A DNA stretch of 31,831 nt from a virus (lineage: Duplodnaviria > Caudoviricetes), in IMG/VR virus record IMGVR_UViG_3300011335_000075, positions 1-31,831 of that record; one strand, 5' to 3'. Each line of letters begins with the position of its first letter. The stretch's first letter is position 1. The position numbers and the translations under genes were made by a program. Shown piece by piece: positions 1 to 8,623 of the stretch. The notes under the pieces were generated by a model. That model had not been told where the DNA came from. It saw only the letters and a list, made by a program, of their open reading frames with translations, and did no database searches.

Positions 1-2
1 TG

Positions 3-176
3 CCCTGGTCGCTTGAGTTGTATGAACAAACCATCGGGCGCTTGCATCGTAGCGGCCAGCGGCATGACGTGTGGTGCTACGTGATGCTGACCAACAAGAC
101 GGTGGACGAACGCATCTGGGCCGCGCTGCACGACAAGCGCGCTATTTCTGATATTGCAATGGAAGAACTATGTTAG
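3..176 (+). CDS. C-terminal end of SNF2/SF2 helicase (5' truncated by window)
   Basis: Manual translation PWSLELYEQTIGRLHRSGQRHDVWCYVMLTNKTVDERIWAALHDKRAISDIAMEELC*; QxxGRxHRxGQ is helicase motif VI of phage SNF2-like helicases. Confidence 0.85.
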   Translation, partial: PWSLELYEQTIGRLHRSGQRHDVWCYVMLTNKTVDERIWAALHDKRAISDIAMEELC

Positions 177-328
177 ACAAACTGAAAGCACAACTCAAAG
201 CGGCCAAGGCCGAACTCAAGGCCCGCACGCGCCAATTGAACGCCACTTATCGGGCGTATGACCGTTGCGTCAACCTGATCACCAAACTGGAGACACGAAT
301 TGAAAAACACCTGGCGAAGTCTAAATGA
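170..328 (+). CDS. Small basic coiled-coil-like protein, 52 aa (not in ORF track)
   Basis: ATG at 170 overlaps the helicase end; MLDKLKAQLKAAKAELKARTRQLNATYRAYDRCVNLITKLETRIEKHLAKSK*; fills the gap in a tightly packed chain. Confidence 0.6.
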   Translation: MLDKLKAQLKAAKAELKARTRQLNATYRAYDRCVNLITKLETRIEKHLAKSK

Positions 329-491
329 CCGTCTGCCCACACTGACCGAAGAGGAAGTGCTGGCTATGCTGAACAACGAGCGTGACACGCTCAAAAGAGT
401 ATCCATGCTGGAGCGCTTGCACCAGCGGTACAACACCCTGCGCGTCGCGCGGGAGAGACTTGAACTACTAAAAGAGGCTAAATTACCATGA
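300..491 (+). CDS. Hypothetical phage protein, 63 aa
   Basis: GGAG upstream of TTG start; helical amphipathic sequence; stop overlaps next start. Confidence 0.7.
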   Translation: MKNTWRSLNDRLPTLTEEEVLAMLNNERDTLKRVSMLERLHQRYNTLRVARERLELLKEAKLP

Positions 492-679
492 AATTACTTG
501 ATCTAATAAAAGAACCGTTTAAGAAACCCACGCCGCTAGAAATGATCGCAGCCGAACTGGCCGACGCGCATCTGTCTAAGCTGGAAGCCGAAACTGCGGT
601 GGAGTACGCGCAGAGCATTGTCAGTTACAACGTCACCCGCATTGAGCGGCTTAACAAGCGCATGGAGGAATACAAATGA
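488..679 (+). CDS. Hypothetical phage protein, 63 aa
   Basis: ATGA overlaps on both sides; GAGG upstream. Confidence 0.7.
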   Translation: MKLLDLIKEPFKKPTPLEMIAAELADAHLSKLEAETAVEYAQSIVSYNVTRIERLNKRMEEYK

Positions 680-897
680 CTGAATGCTGTAGCGAAAACG
701 GAACTTGCACCCAAGGGCGTGACTGCCCTATCCGCAAGCAACGCACCAAGGAAGCTAATGATGCGTACATCAACCGAAGCAATGGGCTTGAGCCTGACAT
801 ATTGGATGATTTTGCCGCCAGCATCAGAGGTTTGATTGCTTTGGTAGGTTTGGTGGGCGGCTTGACGATGGTTGCTATTGCTATATGGGGGAAGTGA
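676..897 (+). CDS. Small protein with N-terminal Cys cluster and C-terminal transmembrane helix
   Basis: GGAGGA RBS; CCxxxxxCxQGRxCP then hydrophobic GLIALVGLVGGLTMVAIAIW. Confidence 0.7.
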   Translation: MTECCSENGTCTQGRDCPIRKQRTKEANDAYINRSNGLEPDILDDFAASIRGLIALVGLVGGLTMVAIAIWGK

Positions 898-1121
898 TGG
901 CACAACTACCTTACACATACACAATCTGCCCGCCGCAGGAAGAACCCAAGCGGTTTACCGCAAGCTGTAAAGAGATGGGGATACTGCTCTCGCATAGCCC
1001 TGATGGCAACCTAACCATTGATGACCGCCGTAACGGGCTATGGGAATCGTGGGAAGGCAAGGGCGTAGCAGCCGAGCCGATTGAGGACACGCTGCGCAAA
1101 ATCGCAAGGAGCAGACCGTGA
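897..1121 (+). CDS. Hypothetical phage protein (probable start ATG 897)
   Basis: TGATG stop/start overlap at 895-899; MAQLPYTYTICPP...; stop overlaps next GTG. Confidence 0.6.
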   Translation: MAQLPYTYTICPPQEEPKRFTASCKEMGILLSHSPDGNLTIDDRRNGLWESWEGKGVAAEPIEDTLRKIARSRP

Positions 1122-1327
1122 TTATCTTTATCCCCGTGGTATTCATGTGCATTGACGACACTTGCAACTTCATGCAGTCACAAGCCATCTACAAGACCGA
1201 GCAAGTGTGCAGGGTTGCTATTGATGTTCAGAAGATGCACCTAGCAAACATGGCTAAAGACACCGGCAAGCCAACCATACTGGAAGGCACCTGCATCAGC
1301 GTTGAAATACCGAGGAGTAACACATGA
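1118..1327 (+). CDS. Small Cys-containing protein with hydrophobic N-terminus
   Basis: AAGGAG RBS upstream of GTG; four Cys; GTGA/ATGA overlaps. Confidence 0.65.
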   Translation: MIIFIPVVFMCIDDTCNFMQSQAIYKTEQVCRVAIDVQKMHLANMAKDTGKPTILEGTCISVEIPRSNT

Positions 1328-1536
1328 CTGGGTACGAATCAAAACGCGCTGCGGCGCGGGACAAACTGGATGACGACGACATTCAGGTGTACAAAAAGCC
1401 GTGGGTAGACTTAACTAAAGAAGAGAAACAAGAGTGCGTAAACCAAAGTATTTATCACACTGCTTGGTCAAGTGACGTTGACTTGGATACCTTGATTGAT
1501 GCGGTAGGGGCTATGCTCAAGGAGAAGAATTCTTGA
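1324..1536 (+). CDS. Hypothetical phage protein (WVDLT...LKEKN type)
   Basis: GAGGAG RBS; PWVDLTKEE and C-terminal LKEKN pattern I recognise from small accessory proteins of aquatic phages. Confidence 0.7.
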   Translation: MTGYESKRAAARDKLDDDDIQVYKKPWVDLTKEEKQECVNQSIYHTAWSSDVDLDTLIDAVGAMLKEKNS

Positions 1537-1799
1537 TCCCACCCAATCACCCCAACATCCGGCGTTTGTTACGTCGGCACCGCGACGGCATGACCGTAAA
1601 GGAAATAGCCGAACATTTAAACCGCGCTTCTGACTCCATCTACAACGCACTAAAGGCAATGCCTGATTCTTACGTAGACCGTTGGACAGAAGCCCAGCAT
1701 CAAGCACCGACAGAAGCTATATGGTGCGTAGTTGTCCCACCTCCACACTGCCCTAAACCAAATGCAAGACTTACCAAACTTCGCCGCCTGGTCAAATGA
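1533..1799 (+). CDS. Putative helix-turn-helix DNA-binding protein
   Basis: AAGGAG RBS, TTG start overlapping previous stop; DGMTVKEIAEHLNRASDSIYNALKAM is HTH-like. Confidence 0.65.
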   Translation: MIPPNHPNIRRLLRRHRDGMTVKEIAEHLNRASDSIYNALKAMPDSYVDRWTEAQHQAPTEAIWCVVVPPPHCPKPNARLTKLRRLVK

Positions 1800-1932
1800 A
1801 AACCTAGCCAAATTTGCGTTGGAGGCTTATACGCGCCTACAGGCCCAGCAAGATGCTTTGGAACAACTGCGCGGCGACCTGAAGGACGCCATGCAGTTAG
1901 TACGGGCGAGTACCCTTAGCGTCGATGATTAG
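1762..1932 (+). CDS. Small coiled-coil protein (probable start ATG 1762)
   Basis: MQDLPNFAAWSNENLAKFALEAY...; last gene of the plus chain, stops 2 bp from the convergent endolysin stop. Confidence 0.6.
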   Translation: MQDLPNFAAWSNENLAKFALEAYTRLQAQQDALEQLRGDLKDAMQLVRASTLSVDD

Positions 1933-1934
1933 TT

Positions 1935-2459
1935 TTACGCCAGCATCGAAGAAGCTGCCGTCTGTACGTGAGCGACCCGACTTAACCAGCCCTTCAGAAA
2001 TTTCTGCTGGGTGGGGTTTTTCTCGGCTAGGCTATTGTAAAACGCTTCTTTTTGCTGGGCAAATTTTTGCAAAATATCTGTTGGGATAGTTTTGGCTACC
2101 AAAGCCATTGTGCCGGGGCCGATAGCGCCATCAGGCGTAGCTCCCACGGATTGCTGTAGAAACTTGGCAGCGCGTCCAGGGCCAGCGTTCACCGCAAAAT
2201 CAAATACTGCGTAGTCAACGCCCTTAGGCAGATCATCACCGCGAACCTTGTCCCAGTACATTTTTTTGTAAAAAGGCTTTACGTCAGACTTAGTTAATGC
2301 CTTCATCTCACCTGGCTTGATTGGCCTGCCTAGATACGCGCTCCACGCTCCAACGGTTACGCCAAGGTTAGTCTCACCTCCAGCGTCATCCTTATCCCAG
2401 ACGTAGCCACCCTCAGACTTGATAAGGTGCTCAAAAGAAAAATCAAAGTTTGCGTTCAT
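1935..2459 (-). CDS. Endolysin, glycoside hydrolase family 108 with C-terminal peptidoglycan-binding domain
   Basis: SEGGYVWDKDDAGGETNLGVT (EGGY motif), FDFAVNAGP, DGAIGPGT, KFLKGWLSRV. Confidence 0.92.
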   Translation of the reverse strand: MNANFDFSFEHLIKSEGGYVWDKDDAGGETNLGVTVGAWSAYLGRPIKPGEMKALTKSDVKPFYKKMYWDKVRGDDLPKGVDYAVFDFAVNAGPGRAAKFLQQSVGATPDGAIGPGTMALVAKTIPTDILQKFAQQKEAFYNSLAEKNPTQQKFLKGWLSRVAHVQTAASSMLA

Positions 2460-2863
2460 TTAGCGGCCACACCTTGTATCTTTTCAGCGGTACGCATACC
2501 ACCCAGACCAAGCATACCCAAGAGCAGCGGCATCATGGTGCCTGTATCCATTTGGGGGAACTTAACAGGGTGACCAGCCAAGGCAGCACCCCACTCAGCT
2601 AATGGGCCAATGACAAATTGGACAGCAAAGCCAGCGCTGCATACCCAGCCAATCGATGGACGCCAACCGCTGACAAAAATACTGGAACTTGCCGCTTCAA
2701 TCTTGTTGATGTCCATCTGCCCAGTAATCTGGGCCAACTCGCCGCTCTGTTGCAGTTTGAGCAACTCTAGCTTGGCAGCAGCCTGTTGCGCGGGGTCAGG
2801 CAAAACTCGGTCTAGGACTTTGCTGCCGACTTCAAGCATCGCGGATATGGGGTCAAGGGCCAT
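2456..2863 (-). CDS. Holin of the 3TM gene-transfer-release type
   Basis: EAASSSIFVSGWRPSIGWVC and LLGMLGLGGMRTAEK signatures; directly upstream of endolysin. Confidence 0.85.
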   Translation of the reverse strand: MALDPISAMLEVGSKVLDRVLPDPAQQAAAKLELLKLQQSGELAQITGQMDINKIEAASSSIFVSGWRPSIGWVCSAGFAVQFVIGPLAEWGAALAGHPVKFPQMDTGTMMPLLLGMLGLGGMRTAEKIQGVAAK

Positions 2864-3083
2864 CTGGCGCTCCTTTGTTGGTGCGGATGTCTACAATTCG
2901 TTCAGCGGTCTTACCCGCAAAGATGGCGGTGATCACAATAATCATCGCCTGCCCGAGCAAGTCAACGTATGCGCCACGGGTTTCCATTTCAAAGACGGAC
3001 AGCAGCGCAAAAAAGAAATAGGAGAACAGCAAGAACACAACCGTGACCGGCTGGATATTGCGTGCTAACCATGACTCGTTCAT
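2853..3083 (-). CDS. Small two-TM membrane protein, holin/antiholin-like
   Basis: Two hydrophobic segments, SWLARNIQP and FAGKTAERI resemble a truncated holin; within lysis cassette. Confidence 0.6.
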   Translation of the reverse strand: MNESWLARNIQPVTVVFLLFSYFFFALLSVFEMETRGAYVDLLGQAMIIVITAIFAGKTAERIVDIRTNKGAPDGP

Positions 3084-3400
3084 TTTGCTTTCTCCATGAT
3101 CTTGGCCCGCAGGGCGGGGCTATCAGCAGTGCCAGCCCACTCGGATAGGGCGTTCCAAATAGCAGTGTAATCGTCCGCGCTGCACGCTGACCTGTCCAGC
3201 CACGCCAGCATGGCCTTGTGGCGCTCTGCTGGGTCGTGCGTTGACCAGGCTATGGCGTACAACTCCTGCACCGCGCAGCTTGGCTGCTTGGGCTTGGGCG
3301 GCCTCTTTGGTAAGGGCGGCGGCGGCTCCGTACTGAGAATCAGCTTGTCTTGGGCGACCGATACCGTGACCAGCGCCAAAAAGAGTATGACGCCGCGCAT
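3080..3400 (-). CDS. Predicted secreted protein with Pro-rich linker
   Basis: Signal-peptide-like MRGVILFLALVTVSVA, PPPPLPKRPPKPKQP, two Cys; packed between lysis genes. Confidence 0.6.
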   Translation of the reverse strand: MRGVILFLALVTVSVAQDKLILSTEPPPPLPKRPPKPKQPSCAVQELYAIAWSTHDPAERHKAMLAWLDRSACSADDYTAIWNALSEWAGTADSPALRAKIMEKAK

Positions 3401-3403
3401 TAA

Positions 3404-3622
3404 TCATTTGTCTGCTTTGTTATCCAGCCGGTCGAAAATCTTGCTCAGCATTTCCTTGACCTCGCGCATATCGTCTTTGTAATCCAGACGGGCGACATAG
3501 GTCAATGGCAGCTTGGCAAGGTCGTTTTTCAATTCCTGCACCGCTGTCCACAACTCGCGGGCGAACCATCCGGCCACGGCCATGCACGCGCCCAAGATGA
3601 GGTTGATTGTTTGCTGATCCAT
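3404..3622 (-). CDS. Single-TM plus coiled-coil protein, holin-like/lysis associated
   Basis: N-terminal hydrophobic helix then heptad-rich soluble tail; first gene of the lysis block. Confidence 0.65.
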   Translation of the reverse strand: MDQQTINLILGACMAVAGWFARELWTAVQELKNDLAKLPLTYVARLDYKDDMREVKEMLSKIFDRLDNKADK

Positions 3623-6096
3623 TATTGTGCCAGTGCGTTTTCGTTTGCGGGGGCCAAAGCATTTGTAGGTTGCTCTTGTCTTGTGGCGGCTCTTACGCCA
3701 ATTGTTTTAGCTTTACCCCAAGATGCAGGGTCGGACAGCGCGCGAAGGGCTTTGCTTTTTTCGGCGGCGGGTAAAGTGTTAAGCATTTCCAATGCACTTT
3801 TTCCAGATTGCATACCTTTTTGCAATTCAGCAAAAACTTTTTTGTCGAGCCGTTTTTCTAAAATATCTAACGTTACGTTGGCCGCAGTTGTTGCGCGATT
3901 TAAAAGACTTGGGAACCGAAAACGAAATGAATCTTCACCAATAACTTTTCCTAACGCTTCAGTGCCCGCAGTTGCGGCTTCTTTCATAGCCGCATTACGC
4001 TCGACGTTACTAGCCACTTTTTCTAATGTGGGCATCTTGCTGCCCATCTCTTTAAATATGTCGTAACTGCCGGGGCCAAAAATAGCTTCCACAGCGTCAG
4101 GGTTATTTCCGCGAACCAACTTGACGTATTCGTTTGGTGCGTTTTCAAACAACCGCGCAGCTTCAGCAGCCATTGCTTTTTGATCAATGGCTTGCATACC
4201 TTGCGAATACGTTTTAAGGTAATCTTCCCAGCCTGTACCGCCAGCTTTTTTAATGGCATCATCAATCAACGGGCGCACTTCCTCAAGCGTTTTGCGCGTT
4301 ACCTTGGCGCTAATTTTTGGATCAGTTTGCCCCAAAATTTGCATAATGCGTTCATTGATGCCTTCTTTGCGAAGGGTGTACAAGTCGTGCGCGTCAATAA
4401 CGCCGCCGCCTTTTTCGGTTAAGTTAACAATGTCGTCTTTGACGGCTTGCAACACTTTGGTCGTGTTGGAACTGGCGCGAAGCCCCGGCGCATTAAGTTT
4501 GGAATCAATCGCTGCCGTAATGCTTCCCGCATCTAATGGTTTTAAACCATAGTCTTCCAAACTACCTATTTGACGTTCAATAAACCCAGCTTCGTCACGG
4601 CGTTGTTTGGCGATAGCAGCAAACGTGTCTGACGTCTCTTGCCATTGTTCAGACACAAATCGATTAGCGCTTTCAATTCGCCGATCATTTACGCCAGGGA
4701 CAGTTGACTCTGAGACTCCTCCACGAGCCGCTTGAGAACGTGCAACCATTAATCGTCTAGCGGCGGCGTCGGCGACATTTGCGCGTTGCAATGCTTCTGT
4801 ACCGGCATGAATTCCAGACACGCCGGGCGCGGGGATGCCTGCCGCACCAGATGGTAAGTTTGCAGGCATACCTTCACGCAAAGCGTTAACCATGCTTGCT
4901 TGGCGTTGCGCCGCTTGCGGAGCCAAACGATTGGTTGTTTGCGCAGCTTGATTGGCCGCTTGCAACTCTACAGCCCGCATATCGGCGGTCAATTGATTTA
5001 ACCGTTTAATAGACTGCTCGTATGCTGCCCGTGCTTCGGTTTCGTTGCCGCCTTCGGCCATGCGCTGCAATACACCTAAATCATCGGCTGCTTGGCGTTT
5101 CATCACCGCAGACGCGTCATCTGTTTTGCTTGTCATAGCCCCAAGCGCTTGCCAAGCATCTTTTTGGACACCTGACGCAGCTTGTGCGGCCATTAAATCT
5201 TCTGGCGCGGCGGTAAGCGCAGCACGGATCGCGCCAATGCGATCACCAGCAACATCACGCGCAATTTTTCCCGCACCAATTGCAGGGAGTTGCCCAGTAA
5301 ATGCGTCTTTTAAAAATCCAAGGCTTTTTGCTGCTACTTTTAACGTTGGCGGCGCTACGACAGCAAGCCCCGCCCCTATGTCAACACCAGTACCTATTTC
5401 ATCTGGGTTAGTAAACGCCGCCGTTACGCCGCCAGTTGCGCCGCCGCCAAAAGCGCGCGCGCCAATGTCAGCCGCACGGGTTGCGAGTGGAATTGCTTGA
5501 GGAGCAACGCCGGGGGCAGCTTTAGCCGCCGGTATTAAACCAGTTCTAAAACCAGACGACCGCAGGGCATTAACTAACGGGTTGACGTAAGGCGCAATAG
5601 CTGGCGCGTATTGGGCTGCTGCTGCCAATGGCCTAGCCATAGCGCCGCCGATTGGTGCGGTAATGAGCGTTTCTAGTCCTAACTCGCCAATACCTGTTGA
5701 GATTGGGTACTCTTGTTTAAACGGTGCAACCCGCGCTTGTGCCCCCGCCTGACGCCGTAAAGCGTCTTCAATCACAGCACGGCTTGTGTATGCTGCGCCC
5801 AATTCTTGCGCACCTTTGCCAAGCAATTGTTCAGCGCCAAATAAAATGTTGCTACCGCCTTTAATAACACCTTCGGATACAGCTTGTATAGGCGCGCCAA
5901 TTTGTTCCATTACTGCGTTAACGCCTGTAAATTTAGACGGCACTCGGGGCGCAGGAATAGCTGTACTGCTAGGCTTGGGCGCTGCGCCAAAAGTTTGGGC
6001 TGCAAACGACTCTACTTGCGCGGGCGTTGCGTCATCTGGGCCTTCAAAGACATGCACCGCGCCGTCTGGGCCTTGAACACGGTATTTGGTAGCCAT
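3622..6096 (-). CDS. Large DNA ejection (internal virion) protein, P22 gp16 position
   Basis: 824 aa Ala/Gly-rich helical protein; third of three genes after the tail genes; TAATG coupling. Confidence 0.7.
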   Translation of the reverse strand: MATKYRVQGPDGAVHVFEGPDDATPAQVESFAAQTFGAAPKPSSTAIPAPRVPSKFTGVNAVMEQIGAPIQAVSEGVIKGGSNILFGAEQLLGKGAQELGAAYTSRAVIEDALRRQAGAQARVAPFKQEYPISTGIGELGLETLITAPIGGAMARPLAAAAQYAPAIAPYVNPLVNALRSSGFRTGLIPAAKAAPGVAPQAIPLATRAADIGARAFGGGATGGVTAAFTNPDEIGTGVDIGAGLAVVAPPTLKVAAKSLGFLKDAFTGQLPAIGAGKIARDVAGDRIGAIRAALTAAPEDLMAAQAASGVQKDAWQALGAMTSKTDDASAVMKRQAADDLGVLQRMAEGGNETEARAAYEQSIKRLNQLTADMRAVELQAANQAAQTTNRLAPQAAQRQASMVNALREGMPANLPSGAAGIPAPGVSGIHAGTEALQRANVADAAARRLMVARSQAARGGVSESTVPGVNDRRIESANRFVSEQWQETSDTFAAIAKQRRDEAGFIERQIGSLEDYGLKPLDAGSITAAIDSKLNAPGLRASSNTTKVLQAVKDDIVNLTEKGGGVIDAHDLYTLRKEGINERIMQILGQTDPKISAKVTRKTLEEVRPLIDDAIKKAGGTGWEDYLKTYSQGMQAIDQKAMAAEAARLFENAPNEYVKLVRGNNPDAVEAIFGPGSYDIFKEMGSKMPTLEKVASNVERNAAMKEAATAGTEALGKVIGEDSFRFRFPSLLNRATTAANVTLDILEKRLDKKVFAELQKGMQSGKSALEMLNTLPAAEKSKALRALSDPASWGKAKTIGVRAATRQEQPTNALAPANENALAQ

Positions 6097-7577
6097 TATT
6101 CTTTACCTAGATATTTGAACCCGCCTGTTCCTTGTGGCGCGGCAGGCGCAGCCGGAACGGTAGGTCTATTGCGTTTTGGAAGTGTGCCGTCGCCCTTAAC
6201 ATACGCATTTTCAATATCGTCAATGATGCGCAACGCCGATTGATAAGATTGCCCTGGGTCAGAAATTGATTTCAACATCGTTTGCAATTCAACATTTGAG
6301 TTAAGTTGTTGCGCGGACATACCCGTGGCATTTTTAATTGAGTTAACCAATCGGGTGCGGGCGCTATTGATAACGTCGCGCTCAACTTGCGCTTCGGTAG
6401 CAAACGCTTGCCCTGTTAATTGCCCCGCCCTAGAAGCAGCTAATGCCGAAGTAACGTTAGATAAACCGCCCCGCGCCGTACTTGGAATGGCGCGCATTTT
6501 ATCCAACGCATCAAATGAACTACGTAAGTTGTCCAAGTCGTCAGCAAGTTGTGTTTTGCCCGCTTCAACTTTATTGGTACGCACCGCAGCACTTGGCTCT
6601 TTGCCGCCTACACCAATGACGCCCGGTGAACCAACGCCGCCGCCTTGGTAGCGTCTTGCGTCAATTGCAATCATCTGATTTGGGTTTGTTGGATCAATAA
6701 TATTTGTTATGGATGGCGCGGGCTCGGGGCGTGGCGCGGCAGGAGCGCGGCCAGCTTCTTTAAGTTTTCTTTCGTAGTCAAATATAGTCCCTTTAAAGCC
6801 TTGATCTATGGCGGCTTGATAATTCGCCATAAGATCAGTTACTTTGGGTTTTTCTGGCGCAGCCGGTGCCGTGTAAACGGGCACTCCATCTTTTAGCACA
6901 GTTGCTCCAGGCGCGGCGGTGTGATAGTTTGGCACTAAGTCTTGTGGTGCTGTAAAAAGAACGTTACCAGCGCCAGTTACCAAATTCCTACCAACAACGC
7001 GAGGCGTGCTTAGTTCTTTCAATTGCTCTTTAATCAAATCCATTCGTTCTTTAACGCCCGGCACGTCCGTAAACTGAGACAATTTCATGTATTCAGTTTG
7101 CAAGGTTTTTGCAGCGTCTGCTTGTGGCGTTGCCGCAAGCTGATTGACAGGCGCAGCGGCGGGCGGCGTCAGTTGGTTTACTACCGACGCCGGTGCTGGC
7201 GTAGCTAAATCGGTTGGCGCACCATAAATGCCAGCTTTCTTTGCCTCGTCCAAGCGTTGCAAAGATTGCAACCCTGTTATACCATGTTGCGAAATTTGAG
7301 GATTTCTGTTTGTTGACATTATCCGAAACGCTTGCATAATGTCGGGAGGGCCACCATTTTTTCCAATGGCGTCTGCCATTCGGCTAACGTAACTTTCATC
7401 TTGTTGAAGTTGGCGCTGCATTTGCTCCATTTGCAATTGCGAATGTTGTTGTTGCGTACCAGCAGCGCGTTGCTGGGCTTGTGCAGCCAAAATGTTTTGT
7501 ACTTGGCCTTCCCGTGCCAATGGATCAGCAAGCTGAAGCGGCTGAACCCCAAGAGCAATTCGTGTATCTAATGGCAT
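6096..7577 (-). CDS. DNA ejection protein, P22 gp20 position
   Basis: 493 aa, Gln-rich N-terminus, Pro/Ala linkers; AAGGA RBS; synteny. Confidence 0.7.
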   Translation of the reverse strand: MPLDTRIALGVQPLQLADPLAREGQVQNILAAQAQQRAAGTQQQHSQLQMEQMQRQLQQDESYVSRMADAIGKNGGPPDIMQAFRIMSTNRNPQISQHGITGLQSLQRLDEAKKAGIYGAPTDLATPAPASVVNQLTPPAAAPVNQLAATPQADAAKTLQTEYMKLSQFTDVPGVKERMDLIKEQLKELSTPRVVGRNLVTGAGNVLFTAPQDLVPNYHTAAPGATVLKDGVPVYTAPAAPEKPKVTDLMANYQAAIDQGFKGTIFDYERKLKEAGRAPAAPRPEPAPSITNIIDPTNPNQMIAIDARRYQGGGVGSPGVIGVGGKEPSAAVRTNKVEAGKTQLADDLDNLRSSFDALDKMRAIPSTARGGLSNVTSALAASRAGQLTGQAFATEAQVERDVINSARTRLVNSIKNATGMSAQQLNSNVELQTMLKSISDPGQSYQSALRIIDDIENAYVKGDGTLPKRNRPTVPAAPAAPQGTGGFKYLGKE

Positions 7578-7586
7578 GATTGTTCC

Positions 7587-8273
7587 TTAACCTTGATAGC
7601 CAGTAACTGCTTGTGAAGCGCCATAACCCGCTGAAGGAGGACGTAACATATTCATGTAGTTTTGTCCTTGGGTGTAATTTAAATAAGTTCCTAAACCGCC
7701 AGTAATTGCATTTGCGCCGCCTACGTATCCAGACGCGCGGGCATTGGCCGCGCCTTGGTATGCTTCCCCAGCGTTTGCGCCGTACGACGAACCCGCGTTA
7801 CCTAATTGTTGCGCTGTAGTTTGACCAACACCAGCCAAACTTTGAAGCGGATTTAACAAGCGTTCTCTTTCAACGCCGTATCGGTTAAAAGCGTTTTGGT
7901 ATTCTTGTGAGCCCATGTCTTGACCGTAGCGAGTTGCGGCCTTCAAAGCCCCACCTGAAACTAACCCCCCACGAGCCGCCGCAGATCGTTCAAGCGCTTT
8001 CTGGCCTTCAGATAGCCTAAACGCATAGCCTGGATCGGCTTGAAACTGATCCATGCCAAATGGCTTGTAATCAACCGCAGCGGTCAGTTTGTTAAGTGCG
8101 CCTTGTCCAGCCTCTAACCAAGGTTGTTGCCGCTGCACATTTTCTTGGTACATTTTGTACTGCAACTCGGCAGCACGGTCAGCCGCGCCCGCTTGAGTGT
8201 CAGCGGCTTTGTTGGCGGCATTTGCGCCAAGCAACGAACTACCAATAATTGCGGCTGGGATCATCCAAGGCAT
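7587..8273 (-). CDS. DNA ejection protein, P22 gp7-like
   Basis: Hydrophobic N-terminus, AA..QA.AA repeat, DPGYAFRLSEGQKALERSAAARGGLVSG motif typical of gp7-like DNA transfer proteins. Confidence 0.8.
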   Translation of the reverse strand: MPWMIPAAIIGSSLLGANAANKAADTQAGAADRAAELQYKMYQENVQRQQPWLEAGQGALNKLTAAVDYKPFGMDQFQADPGYAFRLSEGQKALERSAAARGGLVSGGALKAATRYGQDMGSQEYQNAFNRYGVERERLLNPLQSLAGVGQTTAQQLGNAGSSYGANAGEAYQGAANARASGYVGGANAITGGLGTYLNYTQGQNYMNMLRPPSAGYGASQAVTGYQG

Positions 8274-8274
8274 A

Positions 8275-8619
8275 TCAAACTCCTTCGCTCAGACACTGAG
8301 CAATATTACGCGCCTGGTCAATATCCCCAGGCACAATTAACAATTCATCAATCGCGTCTTCATCAGTGCAATCAGTAGCGTGTATGCAATACCAAACAAC
8401 GTCTGTAATTGATTTTACGCCGTGATGCTGCCCTGCCACTATAGTCAGACAAGCGGGGGCGTTAACAATGGATTTAACGCCGTTTACGATAAGTTCTACT
8501 GATCCACTAGCCAAAATGGATAGATGGTCATGTTTGTGCGCGTGCTGCACCAAAATTTGACCCGCAGGAATAAACGCTTCTTTAGCGTACACACCTGAAC
8601 TAAAGTGGTGATAAATCAT
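8275..8619 (-). CDS. Cupin-fold protein
   Basis: IPAGQILVQHAHKHDHLSILASG and GQHHGV match cupin motifs 1 and 2. Confidence 0.75.
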   Translation of the reverse strand: MIYHHFSSGVYAKEAFIPAGQILVQHAHKHDHLSILASGSVELIVNGVKSIVNAPACLTIVAGQHHGVKSITDVVWYCIHATDCTDEDAIDELLIVPGDIDQARNIAQCLSEGV

Positions 8620-8623
8620 TTAA

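Noticed and set aside
3123-3407. Alternative-frame ORF nested in the 106-aa lysis-region gene, considered as an Rz1-like spanin
   Set aside because: No hydrophobic signal or lipobox Cys near the N-terminus.
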